DNA of 64,000 nucleotides from an uncultured Gemmatimonadales bacterium (GCA_963779755.1 CAVZZO010000001.1:1152001-1216000); one strand, 5' to 3'. Positions 10,021-20,606 are shown, numbered from the stretch's first letter. The notes: generated by a model not told the origin, from the sequence alone. Made by a program: numbers and translations.

Positions 10021-11535
10021 CTACGCCCGGGCCTGCCCGGAGATGGGGTGGCGCGCCGCATGCCGCCGCAGCGCGGGCTGGATGGCCTGGGCCAGCCGGC
10101 CGACGTCCTGGTCGATCTCGCGCGGCGTGCGGCTGCCATAGCCCAGCAGCAATCCGCGCCGGCGGGGCGGCGTCAGAGAGAAGAACGAAACCGGGATGGC
10201 CAGAATGCCGGCGGCCGCGGCCAGCCGGGAGAGCTCCACGTCGGAGTCGCCCTCCGGGAGCCAGGCGATGCACTCCAGGCCGGCCCGGTGGCAGCCCGGC
10301 TGGAGTCGGGGGCCAAAATGCCGCCCGAGGGCCGCGATCAGCGTGTCTCGCCGCTCACGATACACGCTATTCATCCGCCGCAGATGGCGCTCGAAATGCC
10401 CCTGATTCAGGAAATCGGTGGCGGCGCCCTGGTTGGTGAACGGGGGGTGGCTGTCGGCAAACTGCCGCACGGCGGCGAAGCTGTCGACCAGGTCGGGAGG
10501 CAGCACCAGCCAGCCGAGGCGCAGGGCGGGGAAGAGCGAGGTGCTGAAGCTCCCGGCGTGCAATATCCGGCCCGAGCGATCTTCGCCCTGGAGGGCGGGG
10601 AGCCGCGGCGCCTCATACTGGTGGTCTCCGCCGTAGTCGTCTTCCAGCACCCAGTTGCCTCCCGCCTGGGCCAATCGCAGCAGCGCCTGCCGCCGCGCCG
10701 GCGCGAGCGGCACGCCCGTGGGGAACTGGCAGGCGGGAGTGAGATACACCAGCCGGGGCGAGCCGTCGAGGGCCAGTCCACGGTCCACATCCATACCCTT
10801 CTCGTCGACCGGCACGGGGGTGATGCGTGCGTCGGCGGTTGCGAAGACGCCGCGCGCGCCACTGTATCCCGGCGTTTCCAGCCAGACGCTGTCGCCCGGA
10901 TCCAGCAGCACCCGCGCCGCCAGGTCCAGCGCATGCTGGGTCCCCGACACGATACACACCTGATCCAGGTCGCAGCGCACGCCCCGGCTGCGGCGCAGGT
11001 AATCGGCCACCGCGGCGCGCAACGGTCGGTACCCGGCCGGGTCCTGCACATCGAGGGCCGCCGTGCGACGCTGCCGCTCCCGGGCAACCAGCCGCTGCCA
11101 CACCCGCTGGGGGAAGAGGTCCAGCGCCGGGGTCGCCGGCCGGAAGAAGGGGGGAACCTCCACCCCGCGGGGCCAGAAGGACGGCAACCCCGTGATGGTT
11201 TCCAGCCGCCGGGTCCGGACCGGCTGCGGCGGAACCCGCGGCCGGGGCGGCCGGGGCGATGTCGCCATTCCCGCCGCCACGCGGGTGCCCGAGCCGACCC
11301 GGCCCGCTACGTACCCCTCGGCCACCAGCCGTTCGAACGCCTGGACGACCGTGGTGCGGGAAATTCCCAGATCCCGGGCGAGAACCCGGGTGGAGGGGAG
11401 CCGCGATCCCGGCGACACCCGGCCGTTGAGAATTGCCTCGCGCAGCCCGCAGTACAGCTGGCGGTGCAGCGGTTCGGCGCTCTCCCGGTCCAGAGGTACC
11501 AGCAGGAAACGTCCGTCCGGTGATCGACTTCGCAT
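10021..11535 (-). CDS. MocR/GabR-family regulator (GntR HTH plus PLP aminotransferase-like domain)
   Basis: LPSTRVLARDLGISRTTVVQAFERLVAEGY HTH; LTPACQFPTG, EDDY and GSFSTSLFPALRLGW motifs. Confidence 0.93.
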   Translation of the reverse strand: MRSRSPDGRFLLVPLDRESAEPLHRQLYCGLREAILNGRVSPGSRLPSTRVLARDLGISRTTVVQAFERLVAEGYVAGRVGSGTRVAAGMATSPRPPRPRVPPQPVRTRRLETITGLPSFWPRGVEVPPFFRPATPALDLFPQRVWQRLVARERQRRTAALDVQDPAGYRPLRAAVADYLRRSRGVRCDLDQVCIVSGTQHALDLAARVLLDPGDSVWLETPGYSGARGVFATADARITPVPVDEKGMDVDRGLALDGSPRLVYLTPACQFPTGVPLAPARRQALLRLAQAGGNWVLEDDYGGDHQYEAPRLPALQGEDRSGRILHAGSFSTSLFPALRLGWLVLPPDLVDSFAAVRQFADSHPPFTNQGAATDFLNQGHFERHLRRMNSVYRERRDTLIAALGRHFGPRLQPGCHRAGLECIAWLPEGDSDVELSRLAAAAGILAIPVSFFSLTPPRRRGLLLGYGSRTPREIDQDVGRLAQAIQPALRRHAARHPISGQARA

Positions 11536-11784
11536 TCGCTCCTTTCCCCCCGCCGAATTGGTATGAGCTTGCCGCGTTCAAGTGGACCGCGCCATCCGTT
11601 GTGTCGCTCCGGGGTGCTTGTGATGCAACGAGTTATCCCACCCGGTGCGGAACAGCGTGCGCCGGTGTGTGTCCCGCGCCGCACCCGGCGTCCGGCTGCA
11701 TGGTCACACCAGCGATAGGGGGACGAATCTTGGTCCGCTCCCCCACACGCTGCGGCAACTACGGGTATCTGAGAGGAAGACACC

Positions 11785-14700
11785 ATGCGAATTACCTGGC
11801 ACTCGGGGAGAATTGCGGCTGCGGCGGGACTCGTCGTGAGCCTGATGGTGGCGGGCGCGGCCGGGGCGGCGGCGAAGCCGGAGCCGGGCGCGCAGGCGCG
11901 TCGGGGCTTCCGCCTCTTCGCCCGGTCGCTGGGCGCCATGACCGTCAACCGCACTTATTGCGGTCTCGATGCCACGGGACAGATCTGCGTGGACTCGCTG
12001 GGGTCCTCCACCATCGGGGGCGGGTTCTGGCCCAAGGGGACGGCCGACCAGTACGTGTTCAACTCGGGGCTCCAGGTGGCCGGGACGATCGGGACGGACG
12101 GCGGTCCCTGGGCGGGCGATACGACGGGGGCCTTCTTCTTCGATCCCAAGGGCACCACCCTGCACGGCGAGCAGGTGACGCCGATCTACAACACGCAGAA
12201 CCCGGACGACGCCGCCTTCATCGCGGCGGGGACGGACAACGCGGCGATGGCGGCCCGCATCCCCAACGCGGACGATACCCGCCTGATCTTCAACCCCCTG
12301 CTGCAGGGCCGCGACAAGGGCTCGCAGGGCGACGTGTGGTGGCTCAGCTGGGACGGCAACCCGGGCCTGGTGGCCGGCCGGCCGCACCCGCTGGGGGTGG
12401 TGGTGGAGCAGCGGGGCCTGGGCTGGAACTACCCCTCGGGCAATCAGGACATCCTGTACTTCATCTACACCTTCTACAACATCACTTCGCTGAACGCCGC
12501 CGACTACGCGGGGGTGCGGCCGGGGATGCGGGAGATCCTGCTGCAGCAGGCCCAGGTCTTCCAGCAGCGCAACGAGGCCTCCTTCGGGGTCAGCATCCCC
12601 GACGGCGGCTATACCATCACCAATCTGTACGCGGCCTTCTCCATGGATGCCGACGTGGCCAATGCGCCGGTGAACTATTCCTCGGTGAATGTGCCGTTCG
12701 CGCTGGGGAACACCTACGACAAGAGCTTCTCGCGCTTCGCGGGCTGGAGCTTCGATCCGACCATCTTCAACCAGCCGGGCCTGTTCTCGGGCACCGGGTT
12801 CGTGGGGGTGAAGTACCTGAAGAGCCCGGAGGATGCCAACGGGAACCAGGTGGGGCTGACGCTCTTCAGCAACACCATCAACGGCGGCGTCTTCGGCGAC
12901 GCCCGGAACACGACGCAGCTGTTCCGCTATCTCTCGGGGCACATCAGCCCCGCGGCGGGCGACCAGAACTGTTCGCTGGACCCGGTGGCGACGCACATCT
13001 GCTACATCAACAACACCTCCGGCGCGGACATGCGGTTCTTCCAGTCGTCGGGGCCGCTGACGCTGGCGCCGGGGGGCTTCGGCTCCATCGTGGTGGCCTA
13101 CATCTTCGCCGCGCCGGCCGCGGCGGGCGGGACGGCGTCCTGCGGGACGGTGGGCTCGACCTGCGACATCAAGCCGGGCAATCTGGCGCTGATCGCGGGC
13201 ATGGATAACCCCACGACCATCGGGGCGCCGGTGGGGGCGTGCCCCGCCTCGGGGGCCTGCGCCTTCGGCGGCAACGTGAACCTGCTGGATTCGATCACGG
13301 GCTTCCTGGGGGCGCGGGACCTGAACAGCAACGACACCCTGTCGCAGGACGAATTCAAGGTGGTGCCGAACTCGCTGCTGGGGAAGGCGCTGGTGGCGCA
13401 GGCGATCTTCGATAACGGGTTCCTGCTGCCGTTCTCGCCGGAGCCGCCGCCGTTCTTCCTGATTCCGGGGGACAACCAGGTGACGGTGATGTGGCGGCCG
13501 TCGTCGAGCGAGCAGGCGGGCGATCCCTTCTACTCGATCGCGAGCCAGGCGACCCTGAACGGGGCGCCCAACCCGCTGTACGACCCGAGCTACCGGCAGT
13601 ACGACGTGGAGGGCTACCGGGTGTACCGGGGCCGGGTGGACGCGCCGAACTCGCTGCAGTTGCTGGCGCAGTTCGACTACGCGGGCACCACCATCCCGGA
13701 CTACCGGGGCCAGATCAATCCGTCCGCGACCTGCGCGCCGGAGCTGGGGGTCACGACGACCTGCGCCACCACGTACGATCCGGTGGACTCGATCAACACG
13801 CCGGGGGTGCAGCTGGCGCTGCACGTGGACGTGCCGCTCTCGGGCCCGATCATCCAGGTGAAGATCGGCGACCGGGTGCTGCTGGCCGACGGGACGGCGC
13901 TGGTGGTGAATGCCGACACGGCAGGGACGGGGGGCGGCGGGTCGTGCGCGCCGTCGAACTGCCCGGAGCTGTCGGATACCGGGGTGCCGTTCGTATACGT
14001 GGATAACACGGTGCGGAACAACTTCCGCTACTTCTACAGCGTGACGACCTTCGACATCAACTCCTTCCAGTCGGGGCCGAGCAACCTGGAGAGCCCGCGG
14101 CTGACCAAGGCGGTGACGCCGGTGGCGCCGGCGGGGAACTACCAGCTGGAAGGCACGATCACCAGCGCTCAGCTGGTGGGCGGCGACGGCACGGTGCTGG
14201 ATCCGAGCCTGCCGCTGCCGACGATCGACCCGACGACGGGCATCTTCAGCGGCCCGTTCCCGCCGGCGAACGCGTGGACCATCGGGTTCGGGGATTTCGT
14301 GGCGTCGGTGCTGAGCCAGCCGGGGAGCTTCTCGGCCACGCTGGACAGCATCCAGCTGGGCTCGCCCTATGACGGCATCCCGCACCAGTACTACTGGACG
14401 GCGCACAGCGGGAACACGACGGCCCAGTTCTCCATTCCGATCACGCAGGACGAGGAGGTCGGCGTGGTGAGCGGGGCGGCACAGTTCGCGGCGGTGCCGG
14501 TGGATGCGAGCCTGGCCAGCCGGTACGGGGGCTCGGCGGGCTATTCGCTGCAGGGCAAGGTGACGATGAAGCTGAGCGGCCCCGATTACGGCCCGCTCTA
14601 CGGCCGCGGCTGCATCAACGGGCATGACGGCTATACCGACGCACCGGGGTGCGCCTACAACGGCAGCCGCTGGTTCGACGGGCCCAGCCCGGCGAACAAT

Positions 14701-15822
14701 GAGACTCAGGCGGCCCCCAACGGGAACAATCCTCCGAATGCGGGCTCCCCGGGCCCGATGGCGGCGCTGTCCAATGCCGGGGCGCTCACCGGCGTGGTGA
14801 ACATCCTGAACACCCAGGCCTATGAGACCGCGGTGGGGGGCGAGTATCGGCCGACGGAAGGGGTGAAGTCGGGGGCCCACCGGGCGGCGGACATGAACGT
14901 GTACTGGGGCAGCGGCGGGACGGTGGACTCGGTGGTGGATGTGACCCACCACGTGCCACTGCGATTCCAGTCGGCCCGGCCGGACACGGTGAACGGGGTG
15001 CCGCGGCAACACGGGGTGAGCGACGGCTGGGGCATCCTGAACCAGTCGGCAGCGCAGCCGTTCGGGACGGGCGTCAACTACGATCGCCGGACCGAGCTCA
15101 CCAACGCGGACATGGGGTGTGTCGAGCCGTTCCGCAGTTACGGCCTGACGTTCTCGTGCGCGACGGCCCAGTACTACCTGAGCCAGACCGCCATCCCGGG
15201 GCCGATCGCCCTCTTCGATCAGGCGCTCTCCGTCTCGCGGACCGCCCCGGCGGCGACCAACAATGGGTTCATCATGTATGTGGCCGGTGATTGGTTCACC
15301 TTCGAGCTGGCCGGCGGCGTGCTGCCGGCGGCGGGCACGGTGTGGACCCTGCGGCAGTACGAGGGCGCGATCCAGGGCGGGACCGGCGCGGGCGCCGGCG
15401 ACCTGGGTCCCTACATGTACTCTCTCCCCGAGGGCGTGCTGCCGCTGACGGCGGTGGGGGTCTCGCTGCAGGTGAGCTACGACGTGATCAACCAGGTGAA
15501 CGCGCCGACGGGGAACGACCTGAGCAAGGTCCACACGGTGCCGGATCCGTACTACGTGACCAACGCCTACGAGCAGACCACGGACACCAAGATCATCAAG
15601 TTCGTGAACCTGCCGCAGGACTGCATCATCCGGATCTACTCCTCGAGCGGGGTGCTGGTGCAGCTGCTGGAGCACCACAGCTCGCAGTTCGGCGGCGAAG
15701 AGACCTGGAACGTTCGCAACCGGAACAACCAGGTGGTCGCCAGCGGGGTGTACTTCTACCACGTCGAGGCGGGGAATGCCCGGCGGGTGGGGCGCTTCAC
15801 CATCGTCAATTTCGCGCAGTAG
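11785..15822 (+). CDS. Large secreted Cys-rich protein with FN3-like region and T9SS-type-A/FlgD-like C-terminal domain
   Basis: Signal peptide; FN3-like PGDNQVTVMW...EGYRVYR...YVDNTVRNNFRYFYSVTTFD; C-terminus VHTVPDPY...IRIYSSSGVLV...WNVRNRNNQVVASGVYFYHVE. Confidence 0.85.
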   Translation: MRITWHSGRIAAAAGLVVSLMVAGAAGAAAKPEPGAQARRGFRLFARSLGAMTVNRTYCGLDATGQICVDSLGSSTIGGGFWPKGTADQYVFNSGLQVAGTIGTDGGPWAGDTTGAFFFDPKGTTLHGEQVTPIYNTQNPDDAAFIAAGTDNAAMAARIPNADDTRLIFNPLLQGRDKGSQGDVWWLSWDGNPGLVAGRPHPLGVVVEQRGLGWNYPSGNQDILYFIYTFYNITSLNAADYAGVRPGMREILLQQAQVFQQRNEASFGVSIPDGGYTITNLYAAFSMDADVANAPVNYSSVNVPFALGNTYDKSFSRFAGWSFDPTIFNQPGLFSGTGFVGVKYLKSPEDANGNQVGLTLFSNTINGGVFGDARNTTQLFRYLSGHISPAAGDQNCSLDPVATHICYINNTSGADMRFFQSSGPLTLAPGGFGSIVVAYIFAAPAAAGGTASCGTVGSTCDIKPGNLALIAGMDNPTTIGAPVGACPASGACAFGGNVNLLDSITGFLGARDLNSNDTLSQDEFKVVPNSLLGKALVAQAIFDNGFLLPFSPEPPPFFLIPGDNQVTVMWRPSSSEQAGDPFYSIASQATLNGAPNPLYDPSYRQYDVEGYRVYRGRVDAPNSLQLLAQFDYAGTTIPDYRGQINPSATCAPELGVTTTCATTYDPVDSINTPGVQLALHVDVPLSGPIIQVKIGDRVLLADGTALVVNADTAGTGGGGSCAPSNCPELSDTGVPFVYVDNTVRNNFRYFYSVTTFDINSFQSGPSNLESPRLTKAVTPVAPAGNYQLEGTITSAQLVGGDGTVLDPSLPLPTIDPTTGIFSGPFPPANAWTIGFGDFVASVLSQPGSFSATLDSIQLGSPYDGIPHQYYWTAHSGNTTAQFSIPITQDEEVGVVSGAAQFAAVPVDASLASRYGGSAGYSLQGKVTMKLSGPDYGPLYGRGCINGHDGYTDAPGCAYNGSRWFDGPSPANNETQAAPNGNNPPNAGSPGPMAALSNAGALTGVVNILNTQAYETAVGGEYRPTEGVKSGAHRAADMNVYWGSGGTVDSVVDVTHHVPLRFQSARPDTVNGVPRQHGVSDGWGILNQSAAQPFGTGVNYDRRTELTNADMGCVEPFRSYGLTFSCATAQYYLSQTAIPGPIALFDQALSVSRTAPAATNNGFIMYVAGDWFTFELAGGVLPAAGTVWTLRQYEGAIQGGTGAGAGDLGPYMYSLPEGVLPLTAVGVSLQVSYDVINQVNAPTGNDLSKVHTVPDPYYVTNAYEQTTDTKIIKFVNLPQDCIIRIYSSSGVLVQLLEHHSSQFGGEETWNVRNRNNQVVASGVYFYHVEAGNARRVGRFTIVNFAQ

Positions 15823-15889
15823 CCACGGCTGGACGGGGGGCGCGCCGCGCTGGCGCGTCCCGCCGTCCGCAACCAGGAGATCAGAGACC

Positions 15890-17017
15890 ATGCGTTCTTT
15901 CTCGGCACGACGGTTGCTCCTCGGGGCGGCGCTGCTCGGCGGCCTGCCCGCCGTGGTGGCGGCACAGGCCCCGGAGGTGAACCAGAACAACACGCCGTAC
16001 GGCACCACGGCGGCGGAATTTCTGCTGCTGGGGGCCGGGGCGCGGGGCACCGCGCTGGGGGGGGCCTACAGCTCCATCGCCAGCGACGTGAGCGCCCTCT
16101 ACTACAACCCGGCGGGCGCGGCGCTGATGACCCGGCCGGGGGCCATGGTGGGGACCTATGACTACGTGGCCAACACGCGCTACACCTGGGGCGGGGTGGC
16201 CTTCCCCTTCAGCGGGGGGGCGCGGACCTTCGGGCTGCAGCTGGGCACCTTCGGGTTCAGCGACCAGCCGGTCTACACCGCCGACCAGCCCAACGGGACG
16301 GGGTCGGTGTACTCGGTGAGCGAGACCTTCGCGGGGCTCACCTATGCGGAGAACTTCAGCGACCGCTTCTCGGCGGGCATCACGGCGAAGTTCATCTTCG
16401 ACAAGCTGGGGGATGCCAACGGGCAGGCCCTGGCGGTGGACTTCGGGACCAACTTCCATGCGCTGTTGAGCGGGCACCCGGTGAAGTTCAGCTTCGTGCT
16501 GAGCAACCTGGGGACCGACCTGAGCTACAGCGGCGACGCGCTGAACGCGGGGGTGCCGCGGCAGCCGCTGCCGGGCGAGCAGCCGGTGCCGGGGCTGGAC
16601 CAGCCGGCGCGGCTGCGGACCAAGGGCTTCCCGCTGCCGACCACCTTCCGGGTGGGGCTGGCCTACGACCTGCTGACCGGGGCCAGCAACCGGCTGACGG
16701 TGCTGACCGACTTCAACCAGCCCAATAACAACGCGGCGGGCTTCGTGGTGGGCGGCGAGTGGGCGCTGAACCGGCTGGGCGGCTCGCCCTTCGGGGTGGC
16801 GCTGCGGGGCAGCTACAGCTACAACCCGGCCAACAACCTGACGCCGGTGGACCCGACCACCACGGCGCTGACCGACGAGGAGAACCTCCACGGCCTGGCC
16901 GTGGGCGGGGGGCTGAACTTCCAGGCCGGCACCCTCAACCTCGGCGTCGATTACGCCTGGAAATACCTGGGCGTCCTCGGCGGCACCAACTTCTTCAGCC
17001 TTAACGTCGGCTGGTGA
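15890..17017 (+). CDS. PorV/PorQ-family (FadL-like) outer-membrane beta-barrel protein
   Basis: AGGAG RBS, signal peptide, GTTAAEFLLLGAGARGTALGGAY and ALYYNPAG motifs, LPTTFRVGLAY, terminal W. Confidence 0.85.
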   Translation: MRSFSARRLLLGAALLGGLPAVVAAQAPEVNQNNTPYGTTAAEFLLLGAGARGTALGGAYSSIASDVSALYYNPAGAALMTRPGAMVGTYDYVANTRYTWGGVAFPFSGGARTFGLQLGTFGFSDQPVYTADQPNGTGSVYSVSETFAGLTYAENFSDRFSAGITAKFIFDKLGDANGQALAVDFGTNFHALLSGHPVKFSFVLSNLGTDLSYSGDALNAGVPRQPLPGEQPVPGLDQPARLRTKGFPLPTTFRVGLAYDLLTGASNRLTVLTDFNQPNNNAAGFVVGGEWALNRLGGSPFGVALRGSYSYNPANNLTPVDPTTTALTDEENLHGLAVGGGLNFQAGTLNLGVDYAWKYLGVLGGTNFFSLNVGW

Positions 17018-17231
17018 TTCCGCTTCGCGGGCAGTAAGGCTTGCCTGCGGCGCCCACAGGAGAGCGCCGAGTCCGCAGTGGTTCGCAGCGCACTGCACTG
17101 CCGCGTGGGTGCCCGGGTTCCTGTGAGCGCCGCAGGCACGCCCGGGAGGCGCTCGAAGCCGGGGCACCGCTCGCCACCTCCCGCGGCCGTCATTACTATG
17201 CCGTCGTACCCGGACCTCCGGAGCGGCGCGC

Positions 17232-18800
17232 ATGCAGGCGGAAACCATCTTCATCCTCCTGTTCGTCATCGCCACGGCGGTGGCGATCGGGGTACGCTGG
17301 CTGCGGATTCCCTACACCGCCGCGCTGGTCGTTGCCGGGCTGGTGCTGGGCACGCTGCACGTCCTGAACCCGCCGCATCTCACCAAAGAGCTGCTGTTTT
17401 CCATCTTCCTGCCGGGGCTGCTGTTCGAGGCCGCCTTCCACGTGGAGTTCGGGGAGTTCGTGCACAACCGCAAGGCGATCGTGTCCCTGGCGGTTCCGGG
17501 TGTCATTGTGTCCATGCTGCTGACGGCGCTCATTCTGCAGCCGGTGGTGAACACCCTGGATCTGGTTCACGACTTCACCTGGGCCCACGCGCTCGTCTTC
17601 GGTGCCCTCATCGCCGCGACCGATCCCATCGCGGTGGTGTCGATTTTCAAGCGCCTGGGCGCTCCCCCCAGGCTGGCCGTCCTGATGGAAGGCGAGAGCC
17701 TCTTCAACGACGGAACGTCCATCGTGTTCTTCACGCTGGTGCTCTCGCTCGCCGTCGGCCAGGCGGTGAGCCTGGGCAGCCTGGTGGTGAATTTCTTCGA
17801 GATCGTGGGCGCCGGGATTCTGGTCGGGACCACCATCGGGCTTCTGGTGTCCAAGGTGATCGAGCGGGTGGACGAGCCCATGATCGAGATCACCCTGACG
17901 ACCATTGCCGCCTATGGTTCCTTCGTGGTGGCCGAGCACCTGCACTTCTCGGGCGTCATTGCGACGGTGGTGGCCGGCATGCTCTGCGGCAACTACGGGG
18001 CACGCGCCGGGATGTCGCCGTCCACCCGCATCGCGGTGGAGACGTTCTGGGAATACATCGCGTTCGCCCTCAATTCCGTGGTCTTTCTGCTCATCGGGTT
18101 CGAGGTCCGGGTGGCCTCCCTGGCGGCGTCCTGGGCTCCGATCCTGGTGGCCTTCTGCGCCGTGATTCTCGGACGCGCGGTGGTGGTGGGCTCGGTGACT
18201 GCGGCCTTGCGCTGGACCCGCGAGCGGATCCCCGCGTCCTGGGCGGTGCTGCTGGGATGGGGCGGTCTGCGCGGCGGTCTCTCGATGGTGCTGGTGCTGA
18301 GCCTCGCACCGGACTTCCCCCATCGCGAGTTGCTGGTCACCATGACGTTCGGCGTGGTGATCCTGTCCATTCTGCTGCAGGGCACCACCATGACGGTGTT
18401 GCTGCGCCGCCTGGGGCTTGCCCGTACCGCGGAAGACCGGCTGAAATACGAACTCGCCCGGAGCCGGCTGCAGTCGGCCACCGCCGCCCTGCGCGAGCTG
18501 GACCATATGGCCCAGGAGCACTTCGCCAACGATGAGGTGTTGCAGGAACTGCGCAAGGATTATCAGGAGGTCGTCGGCGGTTCCCGCGAGGAGTTGCGCT
18601 CGCTGCACCTCGAACGCCAGGATCTCCGCAAGGAGGAACTCACCCGCGCACGGCGCCATCTCCTGCTGGTGGAAAAGAACCACCTGCTCGAAGCCCAGCG
18701 GGAAGGACTGCTCGGCCGGGAAGCCTTCGAGAAGCTGCTGGGTGACGCCGACGCCCGGCTCCTCCGCCTCGAATCGGGCGGGACGGAAGAGCCGGGCTAG
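17232..18800 (+). CDS. Na+/H+ antiporter, CPA1 family
   Basis: FLPGLLFEAA, GALIAATDPIAVV, MEGESLFNDG, WGGLRGGLS motifs. Confidence 0.93.
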   Translation: MQAETIFILLFVIATAVAIGVRWLRIPYTAALVVAGLVLGTLHVLNPPHLTKELLFSIFLPGLLFEAAFHVEFGEFVHNRKAIVSLAVPGVIVSMLLTALILQPVVNTLDLVHDFTWAHALVFGALIAATDPIAVVSIFKRLGAPPRLAVLMEGESLFNDGTSIVFFTLVLSLAVGQAVSLGSLVVNFFEIVGAGILVGTTIGLLVSKVIERVDEPMIEITLTTIAAYGSFVVAEHLHFSGVIATVVAGMLCGNYGARAGMSPSTRIAVETFWEYIAFALNSVVFLLIGFEVRVASLAASWAPILVAFCAVILGRAVVVGSVTAALRWTRERIPASWAVLLGWGGLRGGLSMVLVLSLAPDFPHRELLVTMTFGVVILSILLQGTTMTVLLRRLGLARTAEDRLKYELARSRLQSATAALRELDHMAQEHFANDEVLQELRKDYQEVVGGSREELRSLHLERQDLRKEELTRARRHLLLVEKNHLLEAQREGLLGREAFEKLLGDADARLLRLESGGTEEPG

Positions 18801-18805
18801 GAGGT

Positions 18806-19246
18806 TCAGGCGGCCGTGGGGACCTCGACTTGCACCCGGATGTCGATCCCGCCGCGGACGCTCTGGGTGACGATGCAGAAGTCCTCGAACAGATCGAAAC
18901 ACCGGCCGGCCCGGTCACGGTCGGCCGGAGAGATATCCGGTGCCAGGCGCACGGTCAGCTCCGCGATCCTGAGCCGCCCTTTCTCATTGCGTGCGGTCCG
19001 GCCCGTCACGGACGTCTGCACTCCGGCGACCTCGATGCGTGCCTTGCTGAGGCAGAAGAGCAGGCTGGCCGTCAGGCAGTTCCCGACAGCCGCAGCCAGC
19101 ACTTCCGCGGCGGGCGGCCCCGCGCCGTCGCCCAGGGGTGCCGGCTCGTCCATCAGCAGCGGGGCCACGCCGTCCAGATGGAAATCGGCCTGGATCCGAT
19201 AGCCCTCTTCACGGGTCAGTGTGACTTCAAAGGTCCTGCCGTCCAT
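18806..19246 (-). CDS. OsmC/Ohr family protein
   Basis: MDEPAPLGDGAGP, AAAVGNCLTASL and FEDFCIVTQSV, with the two conserved Cys; GGAGG RBS. Confidence 0.88.
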   Translation of the reverse strand: MDGRTFEVTLTREEGYRIQADFHLDGVAPLLMDEPAPLGDGAGPPAAEVLAAAVGNCLTASLLFCLSKARIEVAGVQTSVTGRTARNEKGRLRIAELTVRLAPDISPADRDRAGRCFDLFEDFCIVTQSVRGGIDIRVQVEVPTAA

Positions 19247-19476
19247 CGGGCCTCCATTCCGCTCAGGGATCACGTGATCTGCAGACTACGCAGATCAGGC
19301 GGATTGCTCTTCCCGGCCTGTCCGGGCTGCATCTCGCCTAACCAGTACTCCGCCGCGTATGTGGAATTCATGAAGTGCCGGTTGAGGTATCTTCACACTA
19401 CCGTACGCAGCGGCTACCGCCTGGAGCCGGCGCCGGGAACCACGGCGACCGGCGTGCGGCTCACCATCCGGGAACG

Positions 19477-20127
19477 ATGATCGAACCTGTGAAGCAGACG
19501 CTCGCTGTCGAGCGCACCGCCCGCTATTACCTGATCGGTGACCGGGATGCCACGGACCGCTGGCTGGTCTGCCACGGCTACGGCCAGCTGGCCGCGACGT
19601 TTGCTAGCTATTTCGGCCCCATTGCGGCGCCGGGCCGATTGATCGTCGCGCCGGAGGCGCTCTCCCGCTTCTATAATGGAAACGGCGCGGGGCCGGTGGG
19701 CGCGAGCTGGATGACACGCGAGGAGCGGGGTGACGAAATCCGCGACTACCTGGCGTACCTCGACCGGGTGCTGGGCGAGCTCGATCCGGCTCCGCCCGGG
19801 GCGCGGCTCCGGGTGCTGGGATTCTCCCAGGGCGCGGCCACCGCGGGCCGCTGGGCGCTGAGCGGCGCGCGCCGCCCTGACGAGGTCATCCTCTGGGGTG
19901 GGGGGCCACCGGACGAGTGGTTCGACCCCGCGGCGGCAGAGCGGCTCGCGGCCATGCGCATCCTGCTGGTGACCGGTGAGCGGGATACCTACACCACGCC
20001 GGCGAATCTCGAAACCGCGCGTGACCGCCTCCGCGAGGCCGGCATTGCCGCGTCGCTCATCACTTTTCAGGGCGCGCACCGCCTGGACCGCACCGTGCTC
20101 GGCCGCATCGCCGCCGGCTCCGGCTGA
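19477..20127 (+). CDS. Alpha/beta hydrolase (phospholipase/carboxylesterase-like)
   Basis: CHGYGQ oxyanion motif, GFSQG nucleophile elbow, late D (GERD) and H (GAH). Confidence 0.88.
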   Translation: MIEPVKQTLAVERTARYYLIGDRDATDRWLVCHGYGQLAATFASYFGPIAAPGRLIVAPEALSRFYNGNGAGPVGASWMTREERGDEIRDYLAYLDRVLGELDPAPPGARLRVLGFSQGAATAGRWALSGARRPDEVILWGGGPPDEWFDPAAAERLAAMRILLVTGERDTYTTPANLETARDRLREAGIAASLITFQGAHRLDRTVLGRIAAGSG

Positions 20128-20318
20128 TTGCCGCGTTACCCATCTCAGGCCGTGTGCGTTGTCTGTGTTCTGCCGGACACCGCCGGCTTCCCCCTGCTCC
20201 TGTGAGTGCTGTCACCGACGTATCGCGCCGGCCCTCGACAGCTTCTTCTCTCCACCAATCCGTCGCCGCGCTGCGCGAATTCCCGCTCGGCAGTCGCGGA
20301 CGCAGAAAGGCCGCACCC

Positions 20319-20606
20319 ATGAATGTGCCGGTACGAGTGACCCGGGATCCTGCCGTGATCCGGCAATGGGCGGAAGCTCGCAATGGCACCCCGGCACTGA
20401 TCGACGGCCGGCTGCAGATCGCGTTCCCGGCCCCGCTCGAACCGGCGGCCATCGCTCCTCCGCCGGTAGACCAGCTGGACTGGGATCAGTTCTTCCGCCG
20501 CTTCGAGGCCGAGGACCTGGAATTCCGTTTTCAGGAGACCAACATCGAGGGCGACCTGAGTCGCTTCAATGAGATCTCCCGCGCACAGGGGAGACGTGCC
20601 TCATGA
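20319..20606 (+). CDS. Small conserved hypothetical protein
   Basis: AGAAAGG RBS; VTRDPAVIRQWAEARNGTPA...WDQFFRRFE pattern resembles a widespread uncharacterised small-protein family. Confidence 0.7.
   Translation: MNVPVRVTRDPAVIRQWAEARNGTPALIDGRLQIAFPAPLEPAAIAPPPVDQLDWDQFFRRFEAEDLEFRFQETNIEGDLSRFNEISRAQGRRAS

Noticed and set aside
11704..16050. 1448-aa minus-strand ORF and other long antisense ORFs (for example 7337-9982, 24224-26992, 56015-58003)
   Set aside because: Shadow frames of high-GC genes: Arg/Pro/His-rich, no motifs, and overlapping well-supported genes.
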